Part shown: positions 28,491 to 38,451 of the stretch, one piece after another | Layout: each line of letters starts with the position of its first letter | How positions within the stretch are numbered: the stretch's first letter is position 1 | Source of the DNA: an uncultured Actinomycetes bacterium | GTDB taxonomy: Bacteria > Actinomycetota > UBA4738 > JBBDTT01 | NCBI GenBank assembly: GCA_963742735.1 | Contig: CAVUMN010000001.1 | Location: 32,001 to 96,000, forward strand | DNA length: 64,000 nucleotides | Reading direction: 5' to 3' | The notes under the pieces: model-generated | Seen by the model: only the letters and a program-made list of their open reading frames with translations | The model's database searches: none | What the model was told of the DNA's origin: nothing | Made by a program: the position numbers and the translations under genes

Positions 28491-29798
28491 GTGTCACACG
28501 CGTTCCTCGTCGAGAGCATCGTCGCGCTGGTCCTCACGGCCAACGCGCTGCGACCCATCCCCGCAACGCCCATTTCGCCGGTCCTGTTCTTCCTGTCCTG
28601 GCTGACCTCCGAGCTCGCGGTTCAGTCGCTGGTCGTCCAGGCGGCGCTCACCGTCGTGTTCGTCACGAACGGCGCGCTCGATCGGCGCGGCGGGCGGATC
28701 GCGCTGGGGTTGTCCCTCGCCGTCCTCGCCGGGCTGGGCATCCTCATCTGGGAGGCCATGCGCGCGCGGGCGGTGACCGAACGCGCCCTCCGCGAGGGCC
28801 TCGGCGAGGACTATCTGTCGAAGATCCCCCCCGACCGTTCGCAGAACTACGACCTTCGGGTCCCGTGGCGCCAGCTGATCATGCCGTTCCGCCAGGTCCA
28901 TCCCGACGTCGAGCGCATCGCGAACCTGTCCTACGGGCCGTACGGGAAGCGGAACCTCCTCGACGTGTTCGTCCACAAGGACCGGCCGAAGGGTTCGCCC
29001 ATCCTCATCCAGATCCACGGCAGCGGATGGACCGTCTCGAAGAAGGAGCACCAGGGCAAGCCGATCATGCTTCACCTCGCCTCGCGCGGATGGGTGTGCG
29101 TCGCGCCCAACTATCGGCTGTCGCCCAAGGCGACGTGGCCCGATCACCTGGTGGACGTGAAGCGGGTGGTGGCCTGGGTCCGCGACCACGCGCACGAGTT
29201 CGGCGGCGACCCCGACTTCATCGCCGTGACCGGTGGCTCGGCCGGCGGTCATCTCGCCGCGATGCTCGCCCTGACCCCGGGACAGCCCGAGTACCAGCCC
29301 GGCTTCGAGGACGCCGACACCCACATCGACGCCTGTGTGCCGATCTACCCGCCGACCGACCTCGCCCACCGGACCCGGCCCTCGACCTGGGGTCAGATGC
29401 GGTTCCTCCTGGAGCCCATCGTCATGAAGGCCCGGTACAAGGACGACCCGGACCGGTTCCGCAACGCCTCGCCGCTCTACCTGGTGAAGGAGGACGCCCC
29501 GCCGTTCTTCGTCATCCACGGCAAGCACGACCTGTTGGTGCCGGTGTGGACCGCCCGAGCCTTCGTCGAGAAGCTTCGTGAGGCCTCGCTGCGGCCGGTC
29601 GTGTACGCCGAGCTCGCGGGAACCCAGCACGCCTTCGACGTGTTCCCCTCCATCCGAACGGCCCACATGGTCCGGGCCGTCGAACGGTTCCTGGACTACC
29701 TCCTCGCGACGCGGGGCGAACCCGTTCCCGGCCACGGCGCCGACATCCCCGAGCGGCGGGCCGGCGCCGAGTCCCCTAGCGGCGCTCGTCCGGCCTGA
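28491..29798 (+). CDS. Membrane-anchored HSL-family esterase (LipM/LipO-like)
   Basis: N-terminal TM segments, HGSGW, GGSAGG, HGKHD, QHAFD. Confidence 0.87.
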   Translation: MSHAFLVESIVALVLTANALRPIPATPISPVLFFLSWLTSELAVQSLVVQAALTVVFVTNGALDRRGGRIALGLSLAVLAGLGILIWEAMRARAVTERALREGLGEDYLSKIPPDRSQNYDLRVPWRQLIMPFRQVHPDVERIANLSYGPYGKRNLLDVFVHKDRPKGSPILIQIHGSGWTVSKKEHQGKPIMLHLASRGWVCVAPNYRLSPKATWPDHLVDVKRVVAWVRDHAHEFGGDPDFIAVTGGSAGGHLAAMLALTPGQPEYQPGFEDADTHIDACVPIYPPTDLAHRTRPSTWGQMRFLLEPIVMKARYKDDPDRFRNASPLYLVKEDAPPFFVIHGKHDLLVPVWTARAFVEKLREASLRPVVYAELAGTQHAFDVFPSIRTAHMVRAVERFLDYLLATRGEPVPGHGADIPERRAGAESPSGARPA

Positions 29799-31365
29799 CG
29801 CTGAACCCGAGCGCCTCCAGGTCCCACGTTTCCTCGGTCACGCCGCGGTCGCGTAGCAGGTGCTTCATCACCCGCAGGGTGGCCGTCTTCGGGAGCTCGG
29901 GCAGGACTTCCACGTAGCGCGGGATCGCGAAGTAGGGCAGCGTGGCCTTGAAGTACTCGAACACTTCGTCCGGCCGGAACTCGGCGCCGGGCTCCAGCAC
30001 CAGGCAGGCCTTGATGTCGTCCTCGGTGAGGGCCGAGGGCACCGCGTGGACGGCCGCCTCGGCGACCCTGGGGTGGGCCACGATCGCCCGTTCGAGCTCC
30101 ACGGAGGAGACGTTCTCGCCGCGGCGGCGCAGGGCGTCCTTCTTGCGGTCCACGAACGTGAGGACGCCGTCCCCGGACATCCGGCCGAGGTCGCCGGTGT
30201 GGTGCCACAGGTTGCGCCACGCCTCGAGGGTGGCCTCGGGCTTGCCCCAGTACCCCAGATAGACGGCGTTCGGGATGCGGGGGCGAACGACGATCTCGCC
30301 CGGCTCCCCCGCTGGGACCTCGCCGTCCTCCTCGTCGACGACGCGCACGTCCAGGTACGGCGCCGGCCGGCCGACGCTCGCCGGGTCGACGCCCTCGGAG
30401 AGCGCGCTGTATGCGATCGCGCCGGTCTCGGTCTGGCCGTACAGCTGGGACAGCACCCGGGCGCCGAACCGCTCCTCGAACCGCCGTTGGTCGTCGACCG
30501 CGAACGGGATCATCAGCGCGACCCGGAGCCGGCCGGCGCGGTCCAGGTCCGAGGGCTCCGTCGCCAGCAGGGCCATGCCCATCATTCCCACGCCCAGGAA
30601 GACGCTTGCGCCGGTCTCCGCGAACCGCTCGCGAAGGCCTCCGACCGAGAAGACCGGGTCGACGATCGCCTGCAGCCCGTAGACCAGCGTGCCCATCATC
30701 GTGCCCTGCGCCCACGCGTGGAACAGCGGCAGGCAGGTCAGCACGACGTCGTCGTCGCGGTACTCGACCATCCGCGAGCTGACGGTCGAGCCGGTGAGGT
30801 ACCAGCCGTGCGGGAGCATGCAACCCTTGGGCATCCCCGTGGTTCCGGACGTGTAGAGGATGGACAGGAGGGTCTCCGGCGACAGGTCCGCCTCCGGGAG
30901 CTTCGCGTCGGCCGAGGCGAGCTCCGCGAAGGGGGTGTTCTCGATCCCCTCGACCGAGCCGTCGTCGAGGGTGACCGCCCGGACCAGGTCCGGAAGCTCG
31001 GCCATCAGCGGGGCCACGGCCCCCACCCCGGCCGCGTCGGTGACCAGGGTCGAGGCCTGCGAGTCGCGGAGCTGGTAGCGGAGGAACTCACCCTTCAGGA
31101 ACACGTTCAGGGGGACGAAGACCGCCCCGAGCTTGGCGCACGCGAAGAACAGCTCGGCCATCTCGATGCGGTTCCCGGAGATCACGGCCACCCGGTCGCC
31201 CGGCCGCACGCCGAGGGCGGCCAGACCGGCGGCGGCGGACCCCGACCGCGCGTCCGTCTCTTCGAAGGTGCGCCGGTCCTCGCCGGACCATAGATATGGG
31301 GCATCCCCGAGCGCGGCGGCCTGCGAGCGCAGGGCCTCGCCCACGGTCCGCCAGGCTGGCTCCAT
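29776..31365 (-). CDS. Acyl-CoA synthetase (CaiC-like)
   Basis: YTSGTTGMPKG, YGQTE, HTGDLG, RRRGENVSS, LPKTAT. Confidence 0.9.
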   Translation of the reverse strand: MEPAWRTVGEALRSQAAALGDAPYLWSGEDRRTFEETDARSGSAAAGLAALGVRPGDRVAVISGNRIEMAELFFACAKLGAVFVPLNVFLKGEFLRYQLRDSQASTLVTDAAGVGAVAPLMAELPDLVRAVTLDDGSVEGIENTPFAELASADAKLPEADLSPETLLSILYTSGTTGMPKGCMLPHGWYLTGSTVSSRMVEYRDDDVVLTCLPLFHAWAQGTMMGTLVYGLQAIVDPVFSVGGLRERFAETGASVFLGVGMMGMALLATEPSDLDRAGRLRVALMIPFAVDDQRRFEERFGARVLSQLYGQTETGAIAYSALSEGVDPASVGRPAPYLDVRVVDEEDGEVPAGEPGEIVVRPRIPNAVYLGYWGKPEATLEAWRNLWHHTGDLGRMSGDGVLTFVDRKKDALRRRGENVSSVELERAIVAHPRVAEAAVHAVPSALTEDDIKACLVLEPGAEFRPDEVFEYFKATLPYFAIPRYVEVLPELPKTATLRVMKHLLRDRGVTEETWDLEALGFSVRPDERR

Positions 31366-31381
31366 GGGTCCGTACGATACG

Positions 31382-31400
31382 ATCTGACGCACCGTCAGAT
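31382..31400. promoter_or_regulatory. Palindromic operator ATCTGACG-CAC-CGTCAGAT (site 4)
   Basis: Centre of a 53-bp divergent intergenic region. The reverse complement equals the core of sites 1 and 3. Confidence 0.87.
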
Positions 31401-31418
31401 ATTCACCTCGGGAGTCCT

Positions 31419-33521
31419 GTGACCCAGCGCGTCGACGTTTCGGGTAGACCGCTCGCGCTGCGAGAGCTCGACCTCGAGCGCCTCCTGCACCCGAAGGTGA
31501 TCGCGGTGATCGGCGCGTCGGACTCGCCCGGCAGCCAGAGCGCCCTGAACTACCGGTTGCTCACCGGCTGGTCCCAGTCCCAGGGCCGCCGGGTCGTCCC
31601 GGTCAACCCCAACCGGGCGTCCGTGGCCGGCGAGCGCTGCTACGCCTCCCTGGCGGAGGTCCCCGACGACGTCGACGTTGCGGTGTGCCTGACCCAGGAC
31701 GCCGCCGGCGCCCTGCGGTCCGCGATCGAGGCCGGCGTGCCCTACGCCGTGATCTTCACCGCCGGGTTCGCCGAGACCGGCCCGGAGGGAGCCGCGCGGC
31801 AGGCCGAGCTCGAGTCGCTCATCGCCGGAGGTGACGTTCGCGTCCTGGGGCCGAACACGCCGCTGAACTCGTTCCAGCCGTTCCGAGAGGACCTGTCGGG
31901 GAGGCGGATCGCCCTCATCACCCAGTCGGGGCACCAGGGGCGGCCGATCTACCAGGGACAGGACCTCGGGATCCCCATGGAGGGATGGGCTCCCACCGGC
32001 AACGAGTCGGACCTGGAGACGGCCGACTTCATCCGCCACTTCGCCGACCGGCCCACGGTCGGGGCCATCGCCGGCTACATCGAGGGCTTCAAGGACGGGC
32101 GGACGACGATGCTGGCGCTGGACCAAGCGGCCCGAGCCGGCGTGCCGGTGGTGCTGGTCAAGGTCGGGCGGAGCGCCCTGGGGCGGTCGTGGGCGCAGTC
32201 GCACTCGGGCCACCTGGCCGGCTCGGACGCGGTTACCGACGGAGTGTTCCGCCAGTTCGGCGTGACGCGGGTGGACGGGCTGGACGAGCTCCTGGACGTC
32301 TCGGCGATGCTCGCCCGGTGCGGTCCGCCCGCGACCGACGGGGTGGCGATCTACTCGATCTCGGGAGGGACCAGCGCGCACATGGCGGACTGGGCGTCCT
32401 CCATGGGGCTGCGACTGCCGGAGCTCACCGCGTCCACGCAGGCCCGCCTGCGCGAGTGGATCCCCGACTTCCTGCGGATCTCCAACCCCGTGGACTCCGG
32501 GGGCATCGCCACCGGCGACGAGCGGGGACGGAAGATCCTCGACGCGATCCTGGAGGACCCGAACGTCGGCGCCCTGATCGTCCCGGTTGCCGGGTCGTTC
32601 TCGCCGATCAGCGACACCCTGGCCCGCGACCTGGTCGACGCGGCCGCGAACACGTCCAAGCCAGTCTGCGTGATCTGGGGGTCCCCCGCCGCCGACGAGG
32701 CGGGATACCGGGAGGTGCTGCTGGCCTCCGAGCTCCCCGTGTTCCGTTCGGCCCGGAACTGCCTGACCGCGGTGAAGGCGTGGCTCGGCCACCACGAATT
32801 CCGGGCGCGGTATCGCTCGCCGTTCGATCACGTGCCGGCCCGTCCCCTGCCGGCGGCCCGCGTCGCGCGGGGGCTGCTCTCCCCCGGCCGGGCGCTGTCG
32901 GAGGCCCGTTCGAAGGAGCTCCTGGCCGCGTACGGGATCCCCGTCACCCGCGACGTGCTCGTGACGAGCGCCTCGGAGGCGGCCCGCGCCGCCGAGTCCA
33001 TCGGGTTCCCGGTGGTCCTGAAGGCCTCCGGCGAGACGCTGCTGCACAAGAGCGACCGAGGCCTGGTCCGCCTGGGGCTCGGGTCGGCGACGGAGGTGCG
33101 CGCGGCCTTCGCCGAGCTCACCTCGGAGGCCCCGGAGGCCGACGGGGTGCTGGTCTCCGAGATGATCATCAGCGGCGTGGAGACCATCGCCGGCGTGGTT
33201 CGCGACGAGCGGTTCGGGCCGGCGGTGATGTTCGGGCTCGGCGGGGTCGCGGTGGAGGTCTTTCGCGACGTGACGTTCCGGGTGCCGCCGTTCGGCCGCG
33301 ACGAGGCCCGCCGGATGATCGAGGAGCTCAGGGCGTTCCCCCTCCTGGCGGGCGTCCGAGGCGGTCCGAGGGCGAGCCTGCGCGCGCTCGTGGACGTGCT
33401 GATGCGCCTGCAGCGGCTGGCCATGGACCTGGCCGGCGCGGTGGAGGAGCTCGACATCAACCCGCTCATCGCGCTCCCCGGCCGGGCCGTGGCCGCCGAC
33501 GCCCTGGTGGTGGCCCGATGA
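31419..33521 (+). CDS. ADP-forming acyl-CoA synthetase (acetate-CoA ligase family)
   Basis: IAVIGASD, LGPNT, TQSG, GNESDL, SHSGHLAG (phospho-His), ATP-grasp HKSDRG, ELDINPL. Confidence 0.9.
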   Translation: MTQRVDVSGRPLALRELDLERLLHPKVIAVIGASDSPGSQSALNYRLLTGWSQSQGRRVVPVNPNRASVAGERCYASLAEVPDDVDVAVCLTQDAAGALRSAIEAGVPYAVIFTAGFAETGPEGAARQAELESLIAGGDVRVLGPNTPLNSFQPFREDLSGRRIALITQSGHQGRPIYQGQDLGIPMEGWAPTGNESDLETADFIRHFADRPTVGAIAGYIEGFKDGRTTMLALDQAARAGVPVVLVKVGRSALGRSWAQSHSGHLAGSDAVTDGVFRQFGVTRVDGLDELLDVSAMLARCGPPATDGVAIYSISGGTSAHMADWASSMGLRLPELTASTQARLREWIPDFLRISNPVDSGGIATGDERGRKILDAILEDPNVGALIVPVAGSFSPISDTLARDLVDAAANTSKPVCVIWGSPAADEAGYREVLLASELPVFRSARNCLTAVKAWLGHHEFRARYRSPFDHVPARPLPAARVARGLLSPGRALSEARSKELLAAYGIPVTRDVLVTSASEAARAAESIGFPVVLKASGETLLHKSDRGLVRLGLGSATEVRAAFAELTSEAPEADGVLVSEMIISGVETIAGVVRDERFGPAVMFGLGGVAVEVFRDVTFRVPPFGRDEARRMIEELRAFPLLAGVRGGPRASLRALVDVLMRLQRLAMDLAGAVEELDINPLIALPGRAVAADALVVAR

Positions 33522-34399
33522 GCGAGCCCACCGGCCTCCCCGCGCCGCCGCCCGAGGGAACCTCGGCGCTCGTCCCCGGCACGTTCGACGGCCGGGTCGT
33601 GGCCGTGACCGGCGGCGGCACCGGGCTGGGGAAGGCCATCGGGGTCGAGTTCGCGCGGCTCGGCGCCTCGGTCGCGATCCTCTCGCGGAGCCCGGAGCAC
33701 CTGGAGGCGGGGATCGACGCCGTCGAGGCGGCGGGCGGCCGGGCGATCGGCGCGGAGTGCGACATCCGCGACCCCGGGGTGGTGGGGGCGGCGTTCGACG
33801 CCGTGGAATCGGAACTGGGGCTTCCCGACGTCCTGGTCAACAACGCGGCAGGCAACTTCCCGGTTCCGGCCGAGGACCTGAGCCCGAACGGATGGCGGGC
33901 CGTGCTGGGCATCGTCCTGGACGGGACCTTCTTCATGTCGCGGGAGTTCGGCCGGCGCCACATCGCCGCGGGGACGCCGGGCTCGATCCTCAACATCGGC
34001 GCCTCCTACGCCTGGACCGGCGGACCCGGGTTCGCGCACTCCGCCGCGGCGAAGGCCGCCGTGAAGAACCTGACCGAGACGCTCGCGGTCGAGTGGGCCC
34101 CGTACGGCATCCGGGTCAACGGCCTCGTTCCGGGCCTGTTCCCCCACGAGGACGAGGTCGAGCAGATCCGGGCGGTGCCGGGCCGGGGACAGAACGAGAA
34201 CGCCAAGGTTCCGGCCCTGCGGGTCGGCGAGGTCCGGGAGCTCGGTTGGGCGGCGACGTTCCTCGCGTCGCCGTTCGCCGCCTACATCACCGGCGCCACG
34301 CTCACCGTCGACGGCGCCAACTGGCAGCGGCGCAACCTGATGCAGCCGCCGTTCCGCCCGATCCGGGACCAGTTGGGCAAGGAACCCTTCACCCCGTGA
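33518..34399 (+). CDS. SDR, 2,4-dienoyl-CoA reductase-like
   Basis: TGGGTGLG, NNAAGNF, HSAAAKA, LAVEWA. Confidence 0.85.
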   Translation: MSEPTGLPAPPPEGTSALVPGTFDGRVVAVTGGGTGLGKAIGVEFARLGASVAILSRSPEHLEAGIDAVEAAGGRAIGAECDIRDPGVVGAAFDAVESELGLPDVLVNNAAGNFPVPAEDLSPNGWRAVLGIVLDGTFFMSREFGRRHIAAGTPGSILNIGASYAWTGGPGFAHSAAAKAAVKNLTETLAVEWAPYGIRVNGLVPGLFPHEDEVEQIRAVPGRGQNENAKVPALRVGEVRELGWAATFLASPFAAYITGATLTVDGANWQRRNLMQPPFRPIRDQLGKEPFTP

Positions 34400-36117
34400 G
34401 CGAATCAAGAGGCATACGCCGCGCCCTGATCGTCCTCGCGCTGCTCGCCGCCCTCGTCGGCGGCCTGGTCATGCCCGCCTCGGCGCAGACCTATCCCATC
34501 GACAGCTTCCTCTCGATGTTCGACGGGCCCGTGGCGGACGCCACGGATCCACGCACGCGCAACTTCAACTTCGAGGAGGGGGTCCTCGGCGCGATCCGGC
34601 GGATCCTCATGCGCTACCCCGCCCACTACGGAAATCCCGAGCTCGACCCGGCCCACGAGGCGCAGGTCGCGTTCGACTCGGCCCTGCACATGCGGCCGCA
34701 GCTTCCCTACGACCATGCCGGAGACGTGGGGCTCGCCGCGTACACGCCGGACTGGGACCACGACGGCGCCTTCGGAGACGGGGGCGGGACCGACCCCACC
34801 TCCGGCTCGGGCGATTTCGACGCCGACACCGACGAGGTCCTGGACACCGCGTACTTCCTGATGCCGTGTCTGTCCGCACAGGAGCCGTACCCGGTTCACT
34901 ACCGCTACACGAACGGAACGTGCGACGTGGGGAACGAGCAGACGCTCCCGTACGTGGCGGGGGTCGCCCAGGAGGTGCGGTTCGTCAACGCGCGTGGGCT
35001 GGTGCTCGAGGGCACGCTGTGGCTCCCGCCCCGGGCCTTCGTCGGACTCGGATGTCCCGTGCCGGGCACGAAGGCATACGCGGTCCCGGGAACGTGGGCG
35101 GGATGCGTCTCGCGATCGAACCTCACCCGCGACCGGCTGCCCGGGATCGTGTGGGCCGCGGGGCTGGCCTCCCGGCAGGAGCACTACTTCTGGATCGCGC
35201 AGCGCCTTGCCTGGGCCGGCTACGTGGTGCTGACCTACGACCCGGCCGGCCAGGGCGAGTCCGAGGGGTCCACCCTCGACCTCCTCAACCCGGTCGAGTT
35301 CGCGGCCCCCCAGACGTGCCGGTACCCCGGCTCGTGCCAGGATCTGGAGGACGCCGTCCGATGGTTCATGCGGATCCCGGTGACCCCCGTCGACGTGGCG
35401 ACGCCTCGGCTCGAGGCCCGAGTGGATCCTCGGAACGGCCCGCCCAACCCGGTCGCCTTCCTGGTCGATCGCCGCCGGGTCGGCATCGGGGGCCACTCGA
35501 TGGGCGGCGCAACGGTCCATTCCTACCTGCGGAGCCTGGCGGCCGGCGCCGGCGTCGACGGCCGCCCCGTGCCCAAGGTGGCCGCCGCGGTGTCCCTGTC
35601 CTACTCGGCCCCCGTCACCGCCGTCGTTCCGCTGCAGCTGCAGACGTCGGACTACGACGGCGTGCCGTTCGGCTTCACCGTCCTGCAGGCGAACGCCCAG
35701 GCGATGGGCGAGGGGCTCGGCTACCAGCGCCACAAGGAGGGATACGACGCGATCCGGGCCGGGCCGGGGCGAAGACCCGTCTCGCTCATCGTCCTGGAGG
35801 GCGGGACGCACACCGACTTCATCAACCAGCCGTTCATCTACAAGACCCCGTGGGCCCATTTCGTGGCCGGTCACTACGCCCAGGCCTGGTTCGACTGCCA
35901 CGTGCTGGGTTCGAGGGCGGCCTGTGTCACCGGGACCCGGCCGATCCCACACCTGTCGCGATCGTTCGCGTCCGAGCAGGACCCCGACGGGCCGGGACCA
36001 CGGCCGAGCCGCTGCATCGCCGTGCCCGATCAGTGGTCGCTGGCGCAGGACCCGCAGTCGCTGGTGACCGCGGCGACCGGCGCCGCCCCGTACGACTGCG
36101 CGACCGGGCGCGGTTAG
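34396..36117 (+). CDS. Secreted alpha/beta hydrolase
   Basis: Signal peptide ending PASA|Q, GYVVLTYDPAGQGES, GHSMGG, GGTHTDF. Confidence 0.8.
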   Translation: MSESRGIRRALIVLALLAALVGGLVMPASAQTYPIDSFLSMFDGPVADATDPRTRNFNFEEGVLGAIRRILMRYPAHYGNPELDPAHEAQVAFDSALHMRPQLPYDHAGDVGLAAYTPDWDHDGAFGDGGGTDPTSGSGDFDADTDEVLDTAYFLMPCLSAQEPYPVHYRYTNGTCDVGNEQTLPYVAGVAQEVRFVNARGLVLEGTLWLPPRAFVGLGCPVPGTKAYAVPGTWAGCVSRSNLTRDRLPGIVWAAGLASRQEHYFWIAQRLAWAGYVVLTYDPAGQGESEGSTLDLLNPVEFAAPQTCRYPGSCQDLEDAVRWFMRIPVTPVDVATPRLEARVDPRNGPPNPVAFLVDRRRVGIGGHSMGGATVHSYLRSLAAGAGVDGRPVPKVAAAVSLSYSAPVTAVVPLQLQTSDYDGVPFGFTVLQANAQAMGEGLGYQRHKEGYDAIRAGPGRRPVSLIVLEGGTHTDFINQPFIYKTPWAHFVAGHYAQAWFDCHVLGSRAACVTGTRPIPHLSRSFASEQDPDGPGPRPSRCIAVPDQWSLAQDPQSLVTAATGAAPYDCATGRG

Positions 36118-36893
36118 CGGCCGCGGAACTTGGGCTCGCGGCCCTCGGCGCGAGCGGCCTTGAGCTCCGCGTAGTCCTCGCTCGCAAAGATCGCCGTCTG
36201 AGCGAGCTTCTCCTCGTGCATCGAGCGCTCAACCGGCGGGACGGCGATCGCCCGGAGGACCTGGCGGTTGAACTTCACCGCCAGCGGCGAGCGCGAGGCG
36301 ATGTCGTGGGCCAGCTCGAGCGCCGCGTCGTCCAGCTCCTCCGCCGGGACCACCCTCGAGACGACCCCATGGGTCAGCGCCTCCTGGGCGGTCAGCACGC
36401 GGCCGGTGAGCGCCAGGTCGGCGGCCAGGCCGTGGCCGGCGATCTGGAACAGCCGCGCGGTCCCACCGGAGTCGGGGATCACGCCGTGGGTGATCTCGGG
36501 CAGGGTCATCCGGGCGTCCTCGGCGGCGAGGCGCAGGTCGCACAGGAGCGCGCGCTCGAAGGAACCGCCGATCACCCAGCCCTTCAGGGCCACGACGATC
36601 GGCACCGGCATGTCCCACAGGATCCGGGTCCGGCGATGGCCGGCCTCGATGTACTCGAGGTCGCTCTCCCCCTTCGTTCGGATGCCGAGCTCCTTGGTGT
36701 CGCGGCCACTGGAGAACGACTTCCCCTCGCCCCGCCAGATCACCGCGCGTACGTCCTCGCGGGCAGCCAGGGCGTCCATGGCGTCGAAGAACGCCCCGTC
36801 CATCTCGTCGGTGAAGGCGTTGTGGCGGTCCGGGCGGTTCAGGCTGACGATGGCGACGGGGCCGTCGTGGGTGACGCGGACGGTGTCGCTCAC
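36114..36893 (-). CDS. Enoyl-CoA hydratase/isomerase
   Basis: LNRPDRHNA, FSSGRD, GGSFE, LPEITHG. Confidence 0.88.
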   Translation of the reverse strand: MSDTVRVTHDGPVAIVSLNRPDRHNAFTDEMDGAFFDAMDALAAREDVRAVIWRGEGKSFSSGRDTKELGIRTKGESDLEYIEAGHRRTRILWDMPVPIVVALKGWVIGGSFERALLCDLRLAAEDARMTLPEITHGVIPDSGGTARLFQIAGHGLAADLALTGRVLTAQEALTHGVVSRVVPAEELDDAALELAHDIASRSPLAVKFNRQVLRAIAVPPVERSMHEEKLAQTAIFASEDYAELKAARAEGREPKFRGR

Positions 36894-38428
36894 GAGTAGG
36901 CCATCCGAAGGTCCTGCTTCAGGACCTTGCCGGCCGGGTTCCTCGGAAGCGCGTCCACGATCTCCAGGCGCTCCGGCCACTTCCGCTTCGTGACCGTCTG
37001 CTCGTCCAGGAACGTCTGCATCTCCTCGAACGTGAGTGGGTCGCCCGGGTCCTTCAGTGCCACGACCGCGCAGGCGATCTCCCCCGCCTCCGGGTCCGGG
37101 AGGCCGACCACCGCGGCATCGGCCACCTTCGGGTGCCGGAACAGGGCGTCCTCGAGCTCCTTCGCCGAGATGTTCTCGCCCTTGCGGATGATGATGTCCT
37201 TCAGACGCCCGGTGATCGTCACGTTGCCGTCGGCGTCGAGCCTGCCCAGGTCGCCGGTGCGGAACCAGCCCTCCTCGTCGAACGCCTCGGCGTCCAGGCC
37301 GGAGTCCACGTACCCCCGCAACATCTGCGGACCCTTCGCGCGGATCTCCCCCTCCTCGCCGATGCCGGCGACCTTGCCCTCCAGGGTGACCGCCCGGAGC
37401 TCGACGCCCGGGGTGGCCCGGCCCTCGGTGTTGGCCAGGACTTCATCGGAGTCGGTGACGCCGGCCATGGAGATGATCGGCGCTTCGGTCAGCCCGTAGC
37501 CGCTGACGATGCCGGCGCCCCCGAGGTGCTCCTTCAGGTCGTAGTGGAGCTGCGGCGGCTTCGGCGCACCGCCCCCCGGGTACGCGCGGACGCTGGGGAA
37601 CAGCTTCGTCGACGGGTCCGCCTGCTGCATCTTCAGGTAGGCCAGGTGGAAGAACGTGCCGGAGCCGGCGAGGGTGACGTCCTGCTCGGCCAGGTAGCGG
37701 GTGGTCTTCTCCGGATCGAACGCCTCGTCGATCACGTTGACCACGCCGGTCATCAGGCTCGCGAACAGCCAGATGATCCCGCCGATGTGGGTGAACGGGA
37801 ACACCAGCGCGCTCCGGTCGGCGTCGGTCAGGGCGAGGCGCTCGGACATCGCGCGCGCGGCGGCGGCGATGGTGTGGTCGGTGTGCTGCGCGCCCTTCGG
37901 CTCGGCGGTGGTGCCCGACGTGTAGAAGTACCAGCGAACGGGCGCGTCCTCCGGGGTCGTCGGCGGCGGAGGGGGCGGAAGCGTCGACGGGTCGCCCTCG
38001 GGCAGGACTCGATCGGCGACGAGGACCTCGACGCCGCCGGCCGTCTCGGCGATCCCGCGGACCATGGCCTCGTAGTCGAACCCCCGCCACTGCGAGGGCG
38101 TCAGGAAGAGCTTCGAGCGCGCCTGCGGGAGGATGAACCCGACCTCGCGTTCCCGGTACAGCGGCAGGATCGGGTTCTGGACCGCCTGCAGGCGGGCCAG
38201 CGCGCCGACCAGGACCATCGATTCGATCCACGTGGGCAGCTGCCACGACACCACGTCGCCCTCGCCGACCCCGTGCTCGGCAGCCAGGCCGGCGGCGGCG
38301 CGCTCCGCCCGCTCCTTCAATTGGCCGAACGTCAGCGACTCGCCGCGCTCGTCCACGGCGGTCGTCGCGTCGGGCGTCGACGCCGCACGCGCCTCGATCA
38401 GTTCCCAGATCCCGCCGGTCTCGGTCAT
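36890..38428 (-). CDS. Acyl-CoA synthetase (AMP-binding)
   Basis: YTSGTTAEPKG, GYGLTE, FRTGDLG, LPRNPAGK. Confidence 0.9.
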   Translation of the reverse strand: MTETGGIWELIEARAASTPDATTAVDERGESLTFGQLKERAERAAAGLAAEHGVGEGDVVSWQLPTWIESMVLVGALARLQAVQNPILPLYREREVGFILPQARSKLFLTPSQWRGFDYEAMVRGIAETAGGVEVLVADRVLPEGDPSTLPPPPPPTTPEDAPVRWYFYTSGTTAEPKGAQHTDHTIAAAARAMSERLALTDADRSALVFPFTHIGGIIWLFASLMTGVVNVIDEAFDPEKTTRYLAEQDVTLAGSGTFFHLAYLKMQQADPSTKLFPSVRAYPGGGAPKPPQLHYDLKEHLGGAGIVSGYGLTEAPIISMAGVTDSDEVLANTEGRATPGVELRAVTLEGKVAGIGEEGEIRAKGPQMLRGYVDSGLDAEAFDEEGWFRTGDLGRLDADGNVTITGRLKDIIIRKGENISAKELEDALFRHPKVADAAVVGLPDPEAGEIACAVVALKDPGDPLTFEEMQTFLDEQTVTKRKWPERLEIVDALPRNPAGKVLKQDLRMAYS

Positions 38429-38451
38429 CGGTACCTCGCTTTCTATCGGAA

